Assembly: GCA_965153455.1 (NCBI GenBank)
Contig: OZ234494.1
Coordinates: 7,006,001 to 7,070,000, forward strand
Direction of reading: 5' to 3'
Origin: Sphagnum compactum
Lineage: Eukaryota
DNA: 64,000 bases
Each line of letters starts with the position of its first letter. The first letter of the stretch is position 1. This document shows positions 25,423 to 38,200 of the stretch, in pieces. Made by a program: the position numbers and the translations under genes. Under the pieces are notes generated by a model that was not told the DNA's origin, ran no database searches, and saw nothing but the letters and a program-made list of their open reading frames with translations.

Positions 25423-28400
25423 TTATCTTGCTGGAAGTCTTGAACTCTGCAAGCACTCTACCTGAGCCACAAGTGAAAGATCACCCTCACAGGCTGTCAA
25501 CAGCAACTGTACTCTTTTGTCAAACTCTTCACTGCTCAACTCTGCCATTTCCTTTCTCGGTGATGGAGGCTGATACTCAAGAAGCTGCATCAACATACCC
25601 TGCAACAATACATAAACACTTCATTAGGGCAGCTTGCTTGAATAGGAGGCACAGAGAACTAAGGACCAGAGAACAACCTCTTGATCTCTCACAAAACATA
25701 GGTTTACCTGCTGCTGTACCCTCTGTGTTGAGCTTTGAACCAGAGTTGTGATCACCTTATTAAGTGCAAGCTTCTCCTTCACAACATTCCCTGCTATGAA
25801 AATATAACCAAAAATGTGATGCAAGGCTAATGCAAATGACATTGAGCCTCCCACAACTGCAGTTTCATATGCTCCTGATGTCCATGCAGAGACATACGCC
25901 TCAATCATCTGGTTGTTTGTCTGCATCACAACATGAAAATTCTAACAATGTCAGAATAAACACCATCTAAAATAGGACAGCTGAGATAACTTGCTTCTGA
26001 ATTTACAAACTGACTGTCTAAGAATAAACACTCCACATAGTCTTCACACTTGATTTGAAAGCAAATGTGAATTACCTCAAATGGGTACAGGTAACCCCAT
26101 TGTTGACCACAGCACTGAGTCAAAGGAGGAAGTAACTTGAGAACTTGTGCTTCAGCCAATTGGTGCCATATAGCAAGCCGTACAGAGTCTGGCACACCCC
26201 GCCGCAAATATATGGCTACCTGGCGACCAAAGACCAAATCACCATATGAAGAGGCACCAAATTGCTCTGCAAGAGTTTCTGCAAATGTGGTGTAGTTGCC
26301 ATCAATACAACAGATAAAATCCAGAGGCATGCTTGAAGGTGATTCATCCAAACAACTTGCCATATCTGCTCTGAACTCAGAGGTTTCTAAATGTTTCTTT
26401 ATTGGCCAGTTATCAAGCTGATGCCCGTAGAACTCCTGCAAGGTTCCCACCATTTTGTGGACATCCTCATGCAGGAAGAAATCATCTGCCAGAACAAAAA
26501 CAGTTGATAATGCATGGAGTTTTCTTATCAATGGTATTGTCACGATGAAGTTGCTTTCACTCTCCTCCATTGTCTCACTCAGAGCTTCCAAGCTCAAAAG
26601 CCATGAAATACCAGCTTTCACAACCTCTTCCATCTCCAGCTTTTCTTGTACAGCAACTGAAACTTTGTGACCTGTCAAGACTTCTATTCCTTGAGACCCA
26701 TCAAGAAAATGAGATATGTTAGTTGCCATAGGGCTTAGAAGCCAATGTGATGGCAGCGGCAGCCTCTGTCTTGCCCACTCTCTCACCAAGGAGTCGATTG
26801 TACTACAAGCATCAGTCCCTTCCTCCTCACACACAGTTGCAAGTCTCAAAGAGCCAAAAGTTGATTTTTCCCTTATTGATACTTTTGGATTGATATCTGC
26901 TTCTCTTTTTGAGGCTTTCCACAGTTTTGTTGATGTCCATGTATCCCTGAAGTCCTTCATGAGAAGGTTGGAGACCAGTTGAGGGTCCAAGCTGGAACTC
27001 AAAGTCAAGCCCTTCATCCAATCACTGCTGCCCTTAGATTCATCCCAGCTCTTCAGCACAATTTCCATGTTTTGGAACAAGAATGCTAGCATATCAGGGT
27101 GCAGCAGGGATTTCAAACAAGCTTGCTCTACTAGATCACCATTCTCAGGATCAGCAATTGCAATGATTCCAAACCAGCAGCTGATTCTCCACATAAAGTC
27201 AGAGGCCAAGACCTCCTCTCTGCCCATTTCACAATCAAGAGCCTGAGAAAAACTTCCATGACTTGGGGGTAAAATCTCCAGCAACTCTGCCACAAGCCTG
27301 GCACTAGCCTGGGCAACAAGAACCCCTTTGGACCAAGCTCCTCCTCCAACAGAACCCCAGCCCAATCCCAGACCAGGGGCAGGACCTCCCCTCCCACTTG
27401 CCTCACTAGACTGTAAGACATGACCATTCATGATCACTTCCTTCCCCACAAGGGCCAGCAAACCTCTCAACTCAATAGCACCTGAGGCCACTAAACCACG
27501 GTCCAAAACATTGTGGCCTTCAAAATTGTCACCCATGTATATTTGTAGACCACTCTCTGGTTTTGCACTTCGAATTAATTGGTCCAGTATGTTCAGTAGT
27601 CGCACCAGACCATGCAAGCAGCTAGTTGCAGCCAAAGACATTTCATAATCTCCCCTATGCCTGATAGCACACAAGCTTGCCAAGAGGGTACTCTTCTCAC
27701 TACCTAATTGTGCAGCTACTGAAGCCAAGCTCCCATAGTTGAGAACCCCATTTGTTGACAATAGAAGTCCAAGGTGAGGGATGAAGGTTGGCAACCATGG
27801 AATGTGTGACACAGTATTTCTCCCCTCTTTGTCCTCATTCCCAATCTTCTCACTGACTGTGGCAAGAAAATGAAAAAGTGATGCCAGTGTTCCAACCAAT
27901 TTTGCCCTGCTACCATCTCCTGTGGTCAAAGATTGTTCATCACCATGTGCAGCAATAACCAGTTCGTTAGTCACAGCAGACACAGATTCAGTTGACAACC
28001 ACCCAAGTGCTGTCTCAACCACAGGGATAGCAACCTGCCATGTCCAGTTGATATGGATGAAATCCTCAGTTTCAGTATCCAACATTCCTCCCTCTTGTGA
28101 GTGGAGTCTTGGCAGTGTTTGGGCCAGGCTTTCAAGCAAGATGTATGACTCCTGGGCCAGACACAATGCATCCACTTTCTTGTTGCTGGCAATGTCTTCT
28201 GATGACAAGGGGGTGAGCCAGAAACACAGAGCAGGATAGATGTCTGAAAACAGGGAAATGCCCATCTGATAGTGTACGCAGACACGCCATAGACGGAGTG
28301 ACGCAATTATTGTTGAGCGGACTCCTTCAAAACATTCCTCACCAAGTCTTGGGTGCAACTGCATGGGGTATCCCTGTCTGTAAAGTTCACACTGTGCCAC

Positions 28401-30282
28401 TTGCAGAGCTCCTGACTCTGCAAACCGAATGCAATTCATCCTACTTGCCTGTAGCAATACCTGCACATTAGATTAATCATGCACTGCATTAAATCACGAA
28501 CATGTACACAGCAAAGTCTTTGAACAGGCCCTTTATTGGCACACACCAATTAGGTGAATCCACAGGGTTTAGAGAGACGGTGATGCACCTTGAGAAGTTC
28601 AATGGCCTTTGTATGGGCAGGACGCAGAGCATCAACCTCAGCATCCAAGTCATCATCCATAAGAAAGAATTGTTGGATGATGGAATCCATCAGTCTGGGG
28701 CACTTCATGACAGCATCAGCAGCTCCAGGGGAATGTCGTGCAAGAGCTACTACCACACTCAGCAGTGGCTCATTGGCTCCTGCGATCTTCTCCACCTGTG
28801 TTGAATCCTTCCTGAGTTACTCAGAACAGCTGAAATACTGACATGTTCATTTTCCAGTGCAGCACAATGAAACAGTGATTTTATATTGTAGTACTGCTAG
28901 ACTATGAGTATTGCAAAGCAGCATAAAGAGAGGAAAGACCTCGAGAATAAAACGTATCCTGGGCAAGATGCCCATATGGATAAAACCAGCAGCAACATCT
29001 TTGATTGCAACTGTAGCATCGTCTCCAACTGTCTCTTCATCTTCGCCACCATCAACTTTGGAACTGACCCTCTCAGAGAATGGAAACATCTCATTTGTCT
29101 TGACATTGTACTTCCAGTGACCTCCTCCAAGAAAGCCCTCACTGTGTTTTGTGTGTCTTCGAAAGATAGGTGCCATAAATGTTGATATATCACCAGGCCA
29201 AAATGCCTGTCAAACTCACCAAAGAATGAATTAAGACTTTACCAAGACAGGCTTTGATATCCATTTGAAGCTTTCAAACTGCAACAAAGTAACTTGCCCA
29301 TGAAATATACTGCTGCTTCAAAACCACACCATGGGATAGTGAGAACCTCATGGAGATTGGAAATCGCTTCATTAGCAGAGCAGGTCAGGATTGCCTGTAG
29401 AGCCTTGGAACAGGCTACAACCACAGTGGTATGTTTGTCATCCAGTGCAAGTCTGCACCCGCAAGGCACTTGAACCAAGTTAGTCACTAGTATAATCATC
29501 CAACAAATATGGACACAGCAACCTTGACAACTTGCAAAAAGAAATGCTCAAGCTAAACAGAGTGATTGTGAACACCATGCCTGAGTGTTAAGACTAGCTG
29601 TGGCTCTGGACCAAGAGCATATGCCCACACAGCTTGCCAATCCACTTCATTGTGTTCTTCTACTTTTGAAGGTCTGAAAGGAAAGCACAGGCACTGGGTT
29701 TGAATTCCTGCAATGGCCTTGTTCAGCACAGCTGCAATCAGCTGCAGGGCAAACACTCGGTGACCTGGAAACTGCAAGGCGGACAACAATTGAAACCTGT
29801 TGGTTTGGAAAAGGATGCAAACATGGTGACACTGCTATATAGAAAGCAGCAGAACAACATATAAAAAACATGTCTGAAGAAGGGCTCACATACTGTGCTC
29901 CAAATGAGATCTGTTGCCTCCTTCAGACTGTAGCCTTTTGCAGCAGGATTCCCTTCTGACCGCACATAATCGCACTCAGCAATACTCTTCTCACTCAAGG
30001 TTACAGCAGAAGATGTGTCATCTGCAGACAATCATCAACAAAAGTCAGAGATTGTGCAGGATATACATAAGGAGAAAGAGGTCAGATTTTTTGATTTGTT
30101 GATGAGCATTCATAAACAAGAAGAAATAGAAAGAAAGTCAAGAAATTAAGAGAATTACTCAGCATCATTGGCGCACCTGCTTCATCAATACCCAAAACAT
30201 TGCCTTCCAGATCAAACTTGTGCAGCCTCACAGCCTCCACTCTCTCCGCCCAGGACTTGACCCGAACAGCTGAGCTTCCCAT
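25423..30282 (-). CDS. IYO: Transcription elongation regulator MINIYO / RPAP1 homolog, ~1265 aa from the first in-frame ATG; N-terminus appears missing
   Basis: Exons 30159-30282 (5' end uncertain; frame open to ~30470), 29894-30021, 29581-29771, 29347-29452, 28940-29206, 28589-28795, 26076-28460, 25708-25920, 25423-25599 splice in frame. Motifs: SWAERVEAVR..FDLEG, GYSLKEA (RPAP1_C), VDWQAVWAYALGPEPQLVLTLRLALDD, GRGGPAPGLGLGWG.GGG.WS, EWARQRLPLPSHW, EQFGASSYGDLVFGRQVAIYL. Confidence 0.92.
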
Positions 30283-30699
30283 ATTATTATGTCCTACTGC
30301 AGAAAGCTGCTGCGAGAGGGCAGAAGATAATGGTTTCTTCTCTTCACTCCCAGTCTCAAATGACTCTCCAGTCTGCAAGGCTTCACTACTTCCAACATTA
30401 CCAGTAGTCAACAACAACTCGTCATTTCTCTTATCTTCTGCATGCCAGTTCTTGACTTCCCGCTGCGCCTCTCACGCAACAAGCTCCGAATAGCCGAGAG
30501 AGAGAAAACACACTCTCGCGCGCGCAGGCAGGCAGGCAGCAGCACTGGCACCAAAAACACACGCGCACGCATACTAATCATATATGATTGTTCTTACTAA
30601 TCATCGTCCCCCAACTCTTAACTCGCACTAATTATAAAATTAGACGACAATCCTCCCCGCCCAATAAACTTACTACCTAATCCCGCTCCCAACTCCCAA

Positions 30700-31200
30700 C
30701 CAGTGTTTTTTTTTTTTTTGCAATCTTCTCATGGTGCTCCAAAAGTGGTGATCAGCCACAAGAGGATTTAGCCAAATTAGAGTCCAGATGTGATGAGTTT
30801 TTTTCCATTTTTTGAGGTGAAAATTGGCAATTTTTTTTGCACTAAAAGAAATATTGTGGCAATATATTCCCTTTTTAATTCTATTTTTCGGATTTTGGCG
30901 AAAGTTTGCACCGACAAAAAAACGCTGCCCCCAACCATGAACTGCTTGGTTTTGGGGAAAAAAAAACGCTTAGTTTCACACCTTACAAACAATGCTTTTT
31001 AATAGACAAATTCACGCCAATTTTCAACCTGAAAAATCTGATTTCAACCTATACAAAGGATTTTGCATGGTCCAAGAATATAGAAGGATTCTGTTTTTTT
31101 TCTACTTTTATTATATCTCATTTATAGCCAGATTTGGCTAAATTATTTTTTGGAGGATCGCCACCTTGCCTGCATCACAAAATCCTTTGAAAAACACTGC
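30700..31200. mobile_element. AT-rich MITE-like dispersed repeats; related copies at ~6170-6480, ~20190-20470, ~32800-33130
   Basis: Shared blocks such as atatagaaggattctg...ttttttct, ccaaatctggcta, ggatgatcgccac, atcacaaaat. Confidence 0.6.
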
Positions 31201-31695
31201 TTACCCCTAAACCTCCAATCATACATTAACTACTAATCCTAGTTATTAATCATCCACAGTCTTCTCTTCTTCTTCCTGTGCAATTATATTATTGACGAAA
31301 TTTACTCACTAAGTACTTCATTTTATTCGCTAATTAATTTACTAATCTTGTCTGGCGCTCCTCACACTCTCCTGATTTGGTGAACTCTTGAGGCGGCTCG
31401 CGCGACCGCCACCTGTCCAAACTTGGGCACGGCTGGGTCCACACTTGGTGCAAGCCACAAGTTTCGTCCATTGGACTTTTCTGGCGGCAAATGATCCTGC
31501 TGTCCGATGAGCGCCATCTGTCAGAAATCGGATGGTTGTGATTGGTCAAGGTTCCGTAGTGAACTTATCGAGTTTCGCACTCGCCAATCAGAATGCGCCA
31601 GATGTCAGACCTCCACACATTGTTTTGCAGGCTCTGATGGTGTGCTCTTCTTGTCTCTTCGCTTGCACGATACATAATTTCTTTAATTATTTATA

Positions 31696-32125
31696 TATTT
31701 TCTTAAAGTGAAACCAAAGTTTACCTGCATGATGTTAAAATTAGGTGTAACTTTTGTTATTAGGTTTAAAATTAGGTATAACTTTTGTTATTAGGTGTAA
31801 AATTAGGTGTAACTTTTGTTACTAGATGTAAAATTAGGTATAACTTGTAAAGGACGTCGTGAAGCTTCCCCTTAATTCGTCCCGTCATCCATCCTGTCAT
31901 CCAACCGGACGGACATTTCATCCATCTCGTCATCTGTCTATTTAAGCCGGACATCCGTGAACTAGTATTTTCTTAAAGTGAAACCAAAGTTTACCTGCAT
32001 GATGTTAAAATTAGGTGTAACTTTTGTTATTAGGTGTAAAATTAGGTGTAACTTTTGTTATTAGGTGGTAAAATTAGGTATAACTTTTGTTACTAGATGT
32101 AAAATTGGTATAACTTTTGTTATTG
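31696..32125. repeat. Duplicated ~150-bp block containing a 31-bp tandem unit (aaaattaggtgtaacttttgttattaggtgt), copies separated by a ~115-bp GC-richer segment
   Basis: tattttcttaaagtgaaaccaaagtttacctgcatgatgttaaaattagg occurs at 31696 and 31966, each followed by ~4 units. Confidence 0.85.
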
Positions 32126-34714
32126 TACTGATAAGTGGACCAAATGGGCTCTGTCCCTTTATGGTGTTATCTTTTTGCCCCTTGTGGTAACTTTTGTTCC
32201 CATAACTGATTGTAGAGAGTGTCTCATTAACATGGCAGCACACACCATTTGACAAGAGCTCCAAAGTTATGTTGTATATTTTGTTGCCTTCTACTGACAT
32301 TTTTGTAACCTCTCTAAGACATTTTTTGCACATTCCTGGTCACTCACTGGTTGGCTGAACCTCACAACTCATGCTCTTTTGTGTCTCATAACCAATAAAG
32401 CTCGATGCACCTGGGTCCCATACAATCAATCAGGTATGTATGTCCGGTAACTTGCATGATCTCACTTACATTGTGCCGCAATGTGATCTTCTGCCTCATT
32501 ATGGCAAGTTCAAACCAGAAACTGTAAAAATAGGAAATGTTCCATGAAAAATTCCTGCCCCTTTTGGCAGGTTCAAACTTCAAAACCAGCAACAGTTAAA
32601 ATAGGACATGTTCCACCACAATCCCCCAAAATGAACTCACAATCAGAGAGTAACACCTGACGACCAAGCCTGAAAATGTGGGATCAAATGAAAACTACAT
32701 TATTCCATAGTCTCTCCAATAGACTTATCTTATGGCTAAGTTTGTGGTTGAGCATGTGTGTGGTTTTGTATTTTTGCTAATTTGATTTTATATTATTATT
32801 TTTTAGGAATATAGGAAAAAAACAAGGGAAAAGGTTTACTTCTCAAGAATCAAGATCACCCATACTTTTCTGTGCAAAATTTTGGGAAAATGTCAATAAA
32901 ATAAATGTCACATATTCCACTTTTGGGGAAAAAAATTGCCAAATGTCACAAGTAATTTTTTTTGGGAAAAAATCACCACATTTTCACTTGGATTTTAAGG
33001 GGATGCATTTTCTGTAACAGCTTTCTACTTTTATGACAGGTTCTAGAAACCTATGGCCATTTAATGCTAATCCCTCTTGGGATGCTCACAATTTTACGTA
33101 ACATTACAAATGAGAAAAAAACATTGATTCAAACATTACATGATTTAAAGAGGTAGAAGGGAAATTTGAATCAATTATTTGGATTGAGAGAAGCTTTCAA
33201 ACTAATGGAAACATGACCATCCTCAACACATCATACGTTAAAGAAAAAGATTAACTTGCTTGCTTATTAATTGTACATGCTTAAAACGGGTGGGTGGTAA
33301 CATGGCAAACACTAACATCATATTTATAATTTCAAACATAAAGTGTATATGCTTGAATTTGAGCCTAAAGTGTAATAAGGTAAGGCCCTAAATAGCCTAA
33401 CAACACTTTCCATACTTGAGAACTCTAGAGTGTTGGAACCCTGAATGTAGAGCTTGTTGTCTAAATGGCTGCAATTGTGGAAGGCTTGGTTGTCAAGACC
33501 TTATTTGATGTAAAGTACAAGCGAATCAATAAAAGCAAGTATATCGGCCCGCCAGTTCTATGTTTTTTTGTAGATTGCTTTTTTCACTTTAGAAGCTTCC
33601 TCCTCTTATCAAACTTTTGGTAATCTACTTTGCAAACTACACACTACCTATATTGAGAAACAATCACATGATGATCTTGTCCCTTATGGCAAGTTCAAGG
33701 AATGTCTCATGGAGATGAACCAAAAGTTATAACACGTGGTGGACATCCCTGAAAATGGGGGACCAAATGAAAACTAGGTACATTATTGGGTAGTCCCTCC
33801 TCCCTCAGAGAGAGACAGAGCCAAGAAAGGAAAAAACTACTTTACTTGAACTAACTTGACATCCTGGAACTTCTCCCATTTCCTTTTTTCTTATTCCTTT
33901 GTACATTTTTCCAACTCTACTGTGTGTTTATTGATAAAGTTTTGCAGGGTTTCACCACTTTACCGGGATGTGGGCGTGATGCACGTGTTATGAAGCATTT
34001 CTATTTCTTAAGTGGGGTTTTGTGTCTTCTTCTTTTTTTTCCAATTTTGAGTTCTACAAAAAAGATCCCACTTGAAATCTGTGTTTTTTTTGTCCTCCAT
34101 ATTAAACCAATGTTGGGCGGTTCTCTCTTCTCCTTTTTCAAATAAAGAACTAAGTGTGTAGGGTTGAGTACATGGGACCCTTGACCAGCAAGCAGTTCCC
34201 AGAAAATCAAAGAACCAGTTCAGACCCAAGGGACCAGCAGTTCTCAAAATTCAAGAATCAAAATGTGTGATTCATCCCCGATTCCCATAAACATGCCTAC
34301 GAGTGAAAACGTCATGTATAAAAAGACAATGACATCATGGTGGACACTGAGTTGGTGATGGAGTCTAGAGATATTGTCACACAACATTGGTCATAAGTCA
34401 TAACCTTACAAGAGTCACTCACAAAGTGTCTGACCATTTCACCTTCATCACAAACTGCAGTGACAAACTAACATGACTACCTACTGAATTCATTGGCTCC
34501 AGACCCACAAAGTGTCCAACCATTTCACCTTCATCATCACAAACTGCAGTGACAAGCTAACATGACTACCTACTGAATTCATCAGCTCCAGTCGGTGGGT
34601 ATAGATAGTACTTCATCACAAATTCGGGTGGCCTGCACCATTGCCCCAAGTGTGAACTTGTTACCCCAACTAATTTCTCCTTCCAAAACCAGTATATGTA
34701 ATTTTAGTTGAATT

Positions 34715-35040
34715 TCTAGTGACAAAATTTACTCAAAATTCAATATCTCCAACAACTTAGGTCTAAAAGTTTTTTAAATCGCCTCCATAGAATCCTACTC
34801 ATTGAGGGCTTTCCAGGAATCCCAAGAGCACACCCCAATTGGTCTCAGATTTCATTGAGTTTTCAATGACAAAATTGTTCAATATTCCATGACTCCTGCA
34901 CCATTGGTCCAAACATTGTGAAACCACTTCGGTGCAACCCTACTCATCAAGGACTTTGCAACAGTACCAAGACTGCAGCAATAGGTACTGGAGTTTTGGC
35001 AGATCTAAATGTGACAAACAAACAGACTACCTTAATAGAT
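34715..35040 (+). mobile_element. Dispersed MITE-like family (aatcctactcat...gggctttcc); copies also at ~9823-10470, ~60250-60480 (-), ~61020-61370
   Basis: Shared motifs aatatctcc.acaacttaggtctaaa, aatcctactcattgagggctttcc, gcaccctactcatcaagg, acaaacaaac. Confidence 0.7.
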
Positions 35041-35286
35041 AGATAGCAGTGCCACGCTGCAATGAGTACCCACTGACTTCATCAGCTTCATCAGTTCCTG
35101 AAGGTGGATGTGGATAAGAATACTATGGGGCTGAAAATTTGACAATTAAATCCTTTCTGGAGAAGTACTTCATGGACAAAGATGGCCACTGCAAAGTGTC
35201 TATCACCCACAGGATTTACATCATGCAAATGACTGTTTTCATGCTCTAGCATCTCCCTTGGGAATTCAACTTGCTCCTTGCTTCAG

Positions 35287-38200
35287 TTAGGACTCTCCTG
35301 ACATCAAAGGGTCTTTAGGAGAAATCTAAAAACAATAACAGAATCACTCAACACAAATATACAATCTCTCTCAGACTAGTATCACAACCTATTCTGAACC
35401 TCCAAGAACTGTAGCTGCTCCATGAGCCGTTGTTTTGTATTCACCATTTTCAACCACCGCCTCTTCACCCGATTCTGCTCACCAGACAATGTCTTTCCCA
35501 CCTCATTATTTGTGTATTATCACTGCCAATCAGTCAAGACAAGAAGCAGGAACACCCACATGGAAGCAAGGCACCAGTTCTCACAACTTCAAACCAAGTA
35601 CAACACAGTAGACATCACAACACACCTATCCCAAAGATGCCATTTGGGATCTTAGGTGTGCCTGTACTGCATGCATGATCATGATGACTGAAAAACAAAA
35701 CCAGACAATACTAGGTTGTAAATGACCTTGGATGGATTACAGCTTTACTTAACTTGCTCAAGCCTTATTGCCAGAGAGACTTGAACATGATTTAGTTGGA
35801 AGTAGGCAATGGGAGAGAGATGAAGCTCACAGGAATCTGCAGAAGATGCCCAATGGTGAAAGAGGCAAGAACTGGATCATCAACACAACGGATGAGGCCT
35901 GGCACTGCTTGAGCCTGAATCCACCAAACCCTCATCAGGTTGGTGTCATCTATGACCAAGAGAGCATGAAACCAAGTATTTTGTTTCTATTCATGCCCTG
36001 GACATTTTGGATACCTTCAGCCTTGTCCAGAAAGAACTTTGCAGGACGTTTCATAAACCTTTCCAGCAGAAGTCAGACTGCAGAACCAGCTATGTCATGA
36101 CAGAATCTCAAACCAGGGAAAGTGCTGCGAATCTGTGAAACTGGGGTAACAAAACAACTAGATGATATAATGTTACAGGGACAGACTTTACCTCAGGAAC
36201 CAAAACACGGCACATATCAATGGCCTGCTTAGCAAGCTCCTTGACTAGCTCTCTTTCCACTCCAGATGCACAAGGTTCATCATCAAAGTACTCCACCTGT
36301 CACATAAGATCAGTATGTGAAAATTGGTAAATGTTGCCAGGAATGAACTAGAACAAAAGACACTTCAAAATCAGGGAAATTCATAGACGATGCTCTGATA
36401 AGCAGCCCTGAATCAGAAAAAGGCTTTGCAAATGACCTTCACAAAGGAAAACACAGAGGGAAAGATGGGCATCATAACAACTGGAAACAAAAGTACCTCT
36501 CCCACATTGAGACCAAAGGAGCCTGGTTGCACCCACATCCTGCTCAAACATCAATTTTCCAAGATGTCAATAAGTGGGGGCAATTCTGGGCCTATTTGGT
36601 GATCCCTTCAGCTACAGAGCATGACAGCAATGGTTCCTTCCAGAGAGTATCCTTGACTCGCATGGGAAGTGACAGAGGTCCATCCTGAAGGCAAAGTTGA
36701 CTGTAACACGACACCAAATTCCCAAAGTTGGAAGACCCTTCACAAAGGTTTCAATCTCACTTGCTTACCTTGGGCCTCAATGTCAAACACAAGTAGAAAA
36801 CATGCAAACCAACAACATGAATCTCAGCAGTTATAGTTTAGGTGGTTCTTAATGATGTAAACAGAAATTCAAGCGTAGTGCTCGTGGAGATTGGTTAAGG
36901 TGTGAAGAAACATTAAGCTTCAAAAATAGCTCATACCTTCTATCTAGTAATCGGAAGCGCTGAATGCCATGAGCAATTATAAATGACCGGCAATCCCTCT
37001 CAAACATGTGCACCTTCAAGTTCTGACACACCCACATCCTAACCAAGCTGAACAAACTGTGTTTGGTATATAAGAGTGTCTGACCACTTGTGTGATTCTA
37101 GGAATATGAAAACTAGGATTCAATGTTTGAAAAGAACTTCTGACCAGAAGTCTGTGCTAGCCAGCCTACAATTGCCAGTGGATCCTGAAGTGCATCTTTG
37201 TTACTTCTGTGCAAAGCTCTAATAACAAAACAAGCTTCCTCATCCTTCTGTGCCCACCTCTTATCCTAGATCCAAAGACAATGACTGATAAAAAATTTAA
37301 ATCTAAATGTCTGGATCCCCAACAAGACACATCAATCAACACAAGAACAATCCTTTAGTTGTGCAGTCTGTGCAACAGAACAAGCAGAGTAGGTCTAAAG
37401 CGCACCGCAACAGTACCGATTACATCTTCGTTATCCACATCAGGAGGATTCCATGATGTTACACTCATAGTCGACAATCCAAAAGGCTTTCCTTGCTCCA
37501 GACACTGGCGTACCTGCCCACAATTCAGCAGTATGGGAAAGTAAGTGGCACATTAAGGGGAATGTAATCTATGCAGGCCAGAAAATCTCAACCATGATGG
37601 TGAATAGGACACAAGAGGCTCATGGAGGCCCACAAAACAGCATACAATGCACAACTCAGCAACATTACCATCACTTTGGAGGAAAGGCTGCTTTTCTGTC
37701 CAAGAAACCTCTCAATTTCTTAGTCCTAATAGTGATGACAAAATGAGAGGATGTACTTACCATGAAGCGATAGCAAGGCTCATAGATATGGAAAGGAAGG
37801 GACCACCCAGGAAACAGGACCGCATCAAACAATGCAAGTGGCATCCTTTCTGGATTTGCCAACTCCTCACTTACAAAAGGGACCTTTCTACTCCTCAGAG
37901 CCCTCCTCCCACCATTATGTTCAGAAGACCTCTCTAATTCCTTGTTTTCAATGAGTGTGTCAGCAAGATTCTTCAAAGATGAGGGCACATGTAACTCTTC
38001 TGGCCACCCCTTCTGCTGTGATTGGTCTGCGTTAATTGGCACCCCTGTCCAATGTGCTGTGACTTTTTCAGATGGTGGCACAACCCCATTGATATGTTCT
38101 TTAGGCCCTGTTGACGATTCCTTAACGTCAACCCTCATGCCTTGAGTAACCTTCTGCAACAAACCATCATTCAATTCTGGCACATGACTTGTCCGTAAGA

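Noticed and set aside
25926-26075. C-terminal tail of the 846-aa ORF
   Set aside because: Intron read-through after the GAG|gtaatt donor; homology resumes at 25920.
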